64,000 nt of DNA from Lepidodermella squamata. Its lineage: Eukaryota; Animalia; Gastrotricha. Location: positions 1,116,001 through 1,180,000 of the forward strand of contig JBLDXI010000055.1 in NCBI GenBank assembly GCA_047495785.1. Direction: 5' to 3'. The notes under the pieces were generated by a model. It was not told the origin of the DNA, did not search any database, and was given only the letters and a program-made list of their open reading frames with translations. This document shows, piece after piece, positions 60,702-64,000 of this stretch (positions are counted from its first letter, which is position 1; each line of letters begins with the position of its first letter). The position numbers and the translations under genes are program-made.

Positions 60702-63675
60702 TGTTCTGTGGCCAAGATAGAGCGTTAAATATCTATTTAGTCGACCAGAATTCATATCCAGATAAATTGTTAATATAAGCAGCAATTCGCTATAGGTATC
60801 AATGCATGCAACGGAAATTGATTTGTATTCAATAGGGTTTGAATAATATCAACAGGTCATGCTCATCGCAAGAAAATAATAATAAAATGCAATATAAGTA
60901 GAGTGACAAGCTTGAAAGCCTTTACTATTTTTCCCATGTACGGAATAGAGAAGATGGCAGACCTTATTTCATAGGGAAATATAGCAAAACACTGTTGATG
61001 CATGTTAGTATTGCCGTAGAGTCATGACAGGACACAGGAGACACTCGATCGAGTGCGCAATTTTGGTATTCAGCATTTTTACATTGTCAGATCTTAGCAA
61101 ACAGAAAGGAACAAGGTGTTCTCTAGCCTTTTAAAATTTGAGGCGGATAGCCACTCAATGGGGTAAAATGTGAGCTTAACAGCTCAAAAATAGCAAAGAA
61201 GATTGAAATTTGGGAGTGAATTGGGAATGGGTTGAGATCATCTATATAAACCCTTGGAAAGGAAGATGATTTGGATTGTGATCAGCAAGGAACCATTGAC
61301 GATAAACACAAATTACGGATATTGCTTATTGCTAACACGAGCTGTATTTGGTCTACCATCTAGGTGTGACAGTGAGATCCCCTTCTTAGCGAAGCCGAAG
61401 CCATTTTCTCTTTTCTCCTTGATGACAGGTTTGGAAGATCAGAGGGTGAGCTGGCTACCCACTCTCATTCCTCCCACTCTAATGGAGATTCGACACCATT
61501 GATATGGTGCCAAACCACGCTCGGGATTACCTAAGCCTTTTCGAAGAAGACCATCAATCGAACTGTGGGTTTCCCCACCTCTCGAGCGAGACAACCATTG
61601 AGAGTCATGGCGGCCCACGTATGCATCCTTAAGCGGCCTCTGTGGATACAACCGTGTCGTCTGCTCAGGTCAACGACGGCGCCACTACTTCAGCTTTTTA
61701 AGATATCCCACCATGCTTATCAGGCGATGAAATTTTTCTTTTCTGCTTGTTGCCCCTAAACCCTAAACAAATATCAGTTGCTAGTGTGAGCGCTGACTGC
61801 GAAAGGCGAAGTGACCTTGCCCGGGTCACTTTTTTGGGCAGTTCTCCAGAAGTTCATCGTATTTTCCCACCAAACCGATAAATTGAAGGTCGATGATCAA
61901 TCATTCAAAATTTTAAAATTTCATTAATAATATCTATGAAATAATAAAATGCTATTTTATTATACATGTTAAATGGTTTTATATGCCGCAGTGAATTGTG
62001 TTTTCTGAGAGCACATGGCTTGTCCAAGGTGTCCGAGCACCAGGCTCTAACATCTGACACTGACGCCTTGACACCTGACATTCTGATAAACTTGCTGCAG
62101 GCCTATTCCATTCCGAGCTACTTCGTGATGCCAAAATTGAGCTTTCCGGCTTGTGTACTGGCTTTCTTGTCGTGAGCTTTCGTGCGAGTTGAGGGGTTAG
62201 CTTGAAGTGTCCCGATGCGCGATAAGCATAAACGGCCCCTCGAAGAACTTTGAGTGTTTGAGTGATGGTACTCGAGCGAGACAATGATTGCTCTCTTACA
62301 TCTTTCTGACCCGCGCTGATGTTGAGGTGACCCGGCTTCTCTATTTTGCGTTGTCCTACCGGGCGTAGGTGCGGGTTACATTTTCGGTTCGCGCTGTCTT
62401 CGCTTTCGTCAAAAGCCGAAAGGATACAGACGCCCAGTCTGTGACTTGAAAAATCCGACAATAAAGTTTACTCGACACCAAAAATGTCACTGAATTTTAG
62501 CAATTTAGGGAGGTTCAAGAAGGGCTCGATGGCCGTATATATTAAGATAGTTTCGAATTCGATATTGAATGGGCAAATGGCATTCGGTTTGCGGATATCA
62601 GTGAGCTAGAAAAAGCTTTAAAAGCCAGGCTTTTAAACAGTAATGGCTCCTTTTTACGTCATAAGGTCCGGATTCTGCCTACCCGTGTTTTCGCCAATGT
62701 CTGATGGAAAAGTTGTTCTCGCGAAAAGTATACTCTATTGCTAGATACTTGATACCGTTGACTAGGAACATGCAATTCCTGTTTGCCGTTCACTTGCTAA
62801 GGCCAACTTTTGCTTTGAAACTAAAACCGTGGGCGCGGATGAAATGATGCAAGGATTCGTGCGTGTCTTTCACGGTTTTGTTTCAGGCTATTTTCCAATT
62901 CAATCTCTTTTCAACGTTATTTTAATGCTAACGTTAAATGAATGTTTCATTAGATTCCAGCAGCTGCGCTGACTTGTTAAATTGATGGCGTTTAAATAGG
63001 CTACCTATATTGCTGCAACGCTTACCACTCTTACCACAAGCTCATCCCTGAAGGATTACGACAATTAACTTTTTGGAGTCACGGCAAACAAACAGTAGTT
63101 GGTGTACAAATTTTTATTGGCAGTTTAATGGGTAAAACAAACCAGATAAAAATGACTAAGTCAAAAAACACAAGTGTGACAAAATGTCCCATAGTAAAAG
63201 TTTTGAAGATTCTAATAACGCACCACGATTTCAACTCATTTTAAGGCATCGAAGGCCACATTAAAAGGCTATCATTGATACGTTTGATATAGCTGGGATA
63301 ATAAATGCGTTGCATGAAGCTTTAAGCGTTGATGCCGTGCGTTCACACATATTACACACATAGACAGACAGCGATCTTTGATTTCGAGAGGTCGATGAAA
63401 TCAAGACTTCAAACGCAACTTCGGTGATATCTCGCGCAGGTGTGTAGTCAATACAGACTAGAATAACTAAAATGATAGTTACATAAAAGGCGACATGACT
63501 TTTAAAATAAACAAAGAGAAGTAATAATGAGCTAAAAGTGGACAAAAGAAAAAGAATAACGATCTGAATTCGAAAAAGAGACCATTAAGACGAAATACTC
63601 ATCTTTGCAAAAAAATTATTGCTAAAAATTCGAGGAACGTATTAAAAAGATGTTCCTTTGTTCAACTCTTCTCAT

Positions 63676-64000
63676 TCAGAAGGAGGTCAGACCTTTGGTG
63701 TAAGCGAAGTAGACAGTAGCCCAAAATGCAAGGGCTGACGGGATGTAAGTGAGGGCGAACCCGAAGCAGCGCTTGGAAGGATACCCGAGGTAGAAAAAGA
63801 TTCGCCCCAAAACAAATAAAACGGCAGCTAGTGGGATGAATTTCATCTGATCACCATTCAGGTAAGTAGCCAGACCAAGGAGAACAGAGCTGTGGAGGAC
63901 GTACTGCTCCAACGTGTTTTGCAAGATTCGATTCGGAATATCGACAAGGCGTTCGTTACCGGAGAGAGGATTGATGGCACTGCTCGAGAAACGTTTGTAA
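63676..64000 (-). CDS. MAPEG-family membrane protein, TMEM79-like (partial, runs off the window)
   Basis: AINPL..RILQNTLEQ..LATYL..IPLAAVLFVLGRIFFYLGY..RCFGFALTYIP. Confidence 0.7.
   Translation of the reverse strand, partial: YKRFSSSAINPLSGNERLVDIPNRILQNTLEQYVLHSSVLLGLATYLNGDQMKFIPLAAVLFVLGRIFFYLGYPSKRCFGFALTYIPSALAFWATVYFAYTKGLTSF

Noticed and set aside
61380-62470. Short ORFs and GC-richer DNA that could be a decayed retroelement; also two CCCTAAA units near 61754
   Set aside because: No recognisable motif, terminal repeat or splice-consistent model; two telomere-like units are expected by chance

Overview
Gene-dense nuclear DNA from a compact-genome invertebrate animal. Most introns are GT-AG and about 50-60 nt, and the proteins are metazoan-type; the taxon cannot be fixed from this window. 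About 26 protein genes can be reconstructed by hand: BLOC1S6, DERA, DROSHA, HTATSF1, RAMAC, two ankyrin/SOCS-box paralogs, EFCAB10, ATP5PO, CRYZL1, AMPK-gamma, RWDD1, LAS1L, MOCS1(A/B), an orphan Pro-rich TM gene, RBBP4, TMEM39, USP16/45, AKIP1 (missed by the ORF track), an intronless FMO, OCRL/INPP5B, two ADAM10 paralogs, HDDC3/MESH1, WDSUB1, ACP6 and a partial TMEM79-like gene. Mobile DNA comprises a TA-flanked foldback MITE, a 5'-truncated CR1/L2-type LINE tail, and a ~1.8 kb orphan-ORF insert between ~230-bp direct repeats. Main leads: (1) co-oriented clusters with 78-200 bp gaps and unpaired acceptor-like sites, suggesting trans-spliced operons, one linking Drosha, Tat-SF1 and RAMAC; (2) a long structured Drosha intron; (3) splice-controlled bicistronic MOCS1; (4) ADAM10 paralogs with very different intron counts and a 9-nt-shifted intron in the zinc motif; (5) an OCRL/INPP5B RhoGAP domain that keeps Arg at the arginine-finger position. 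Identities rest on recalled motifs and hand translation, not database searches.
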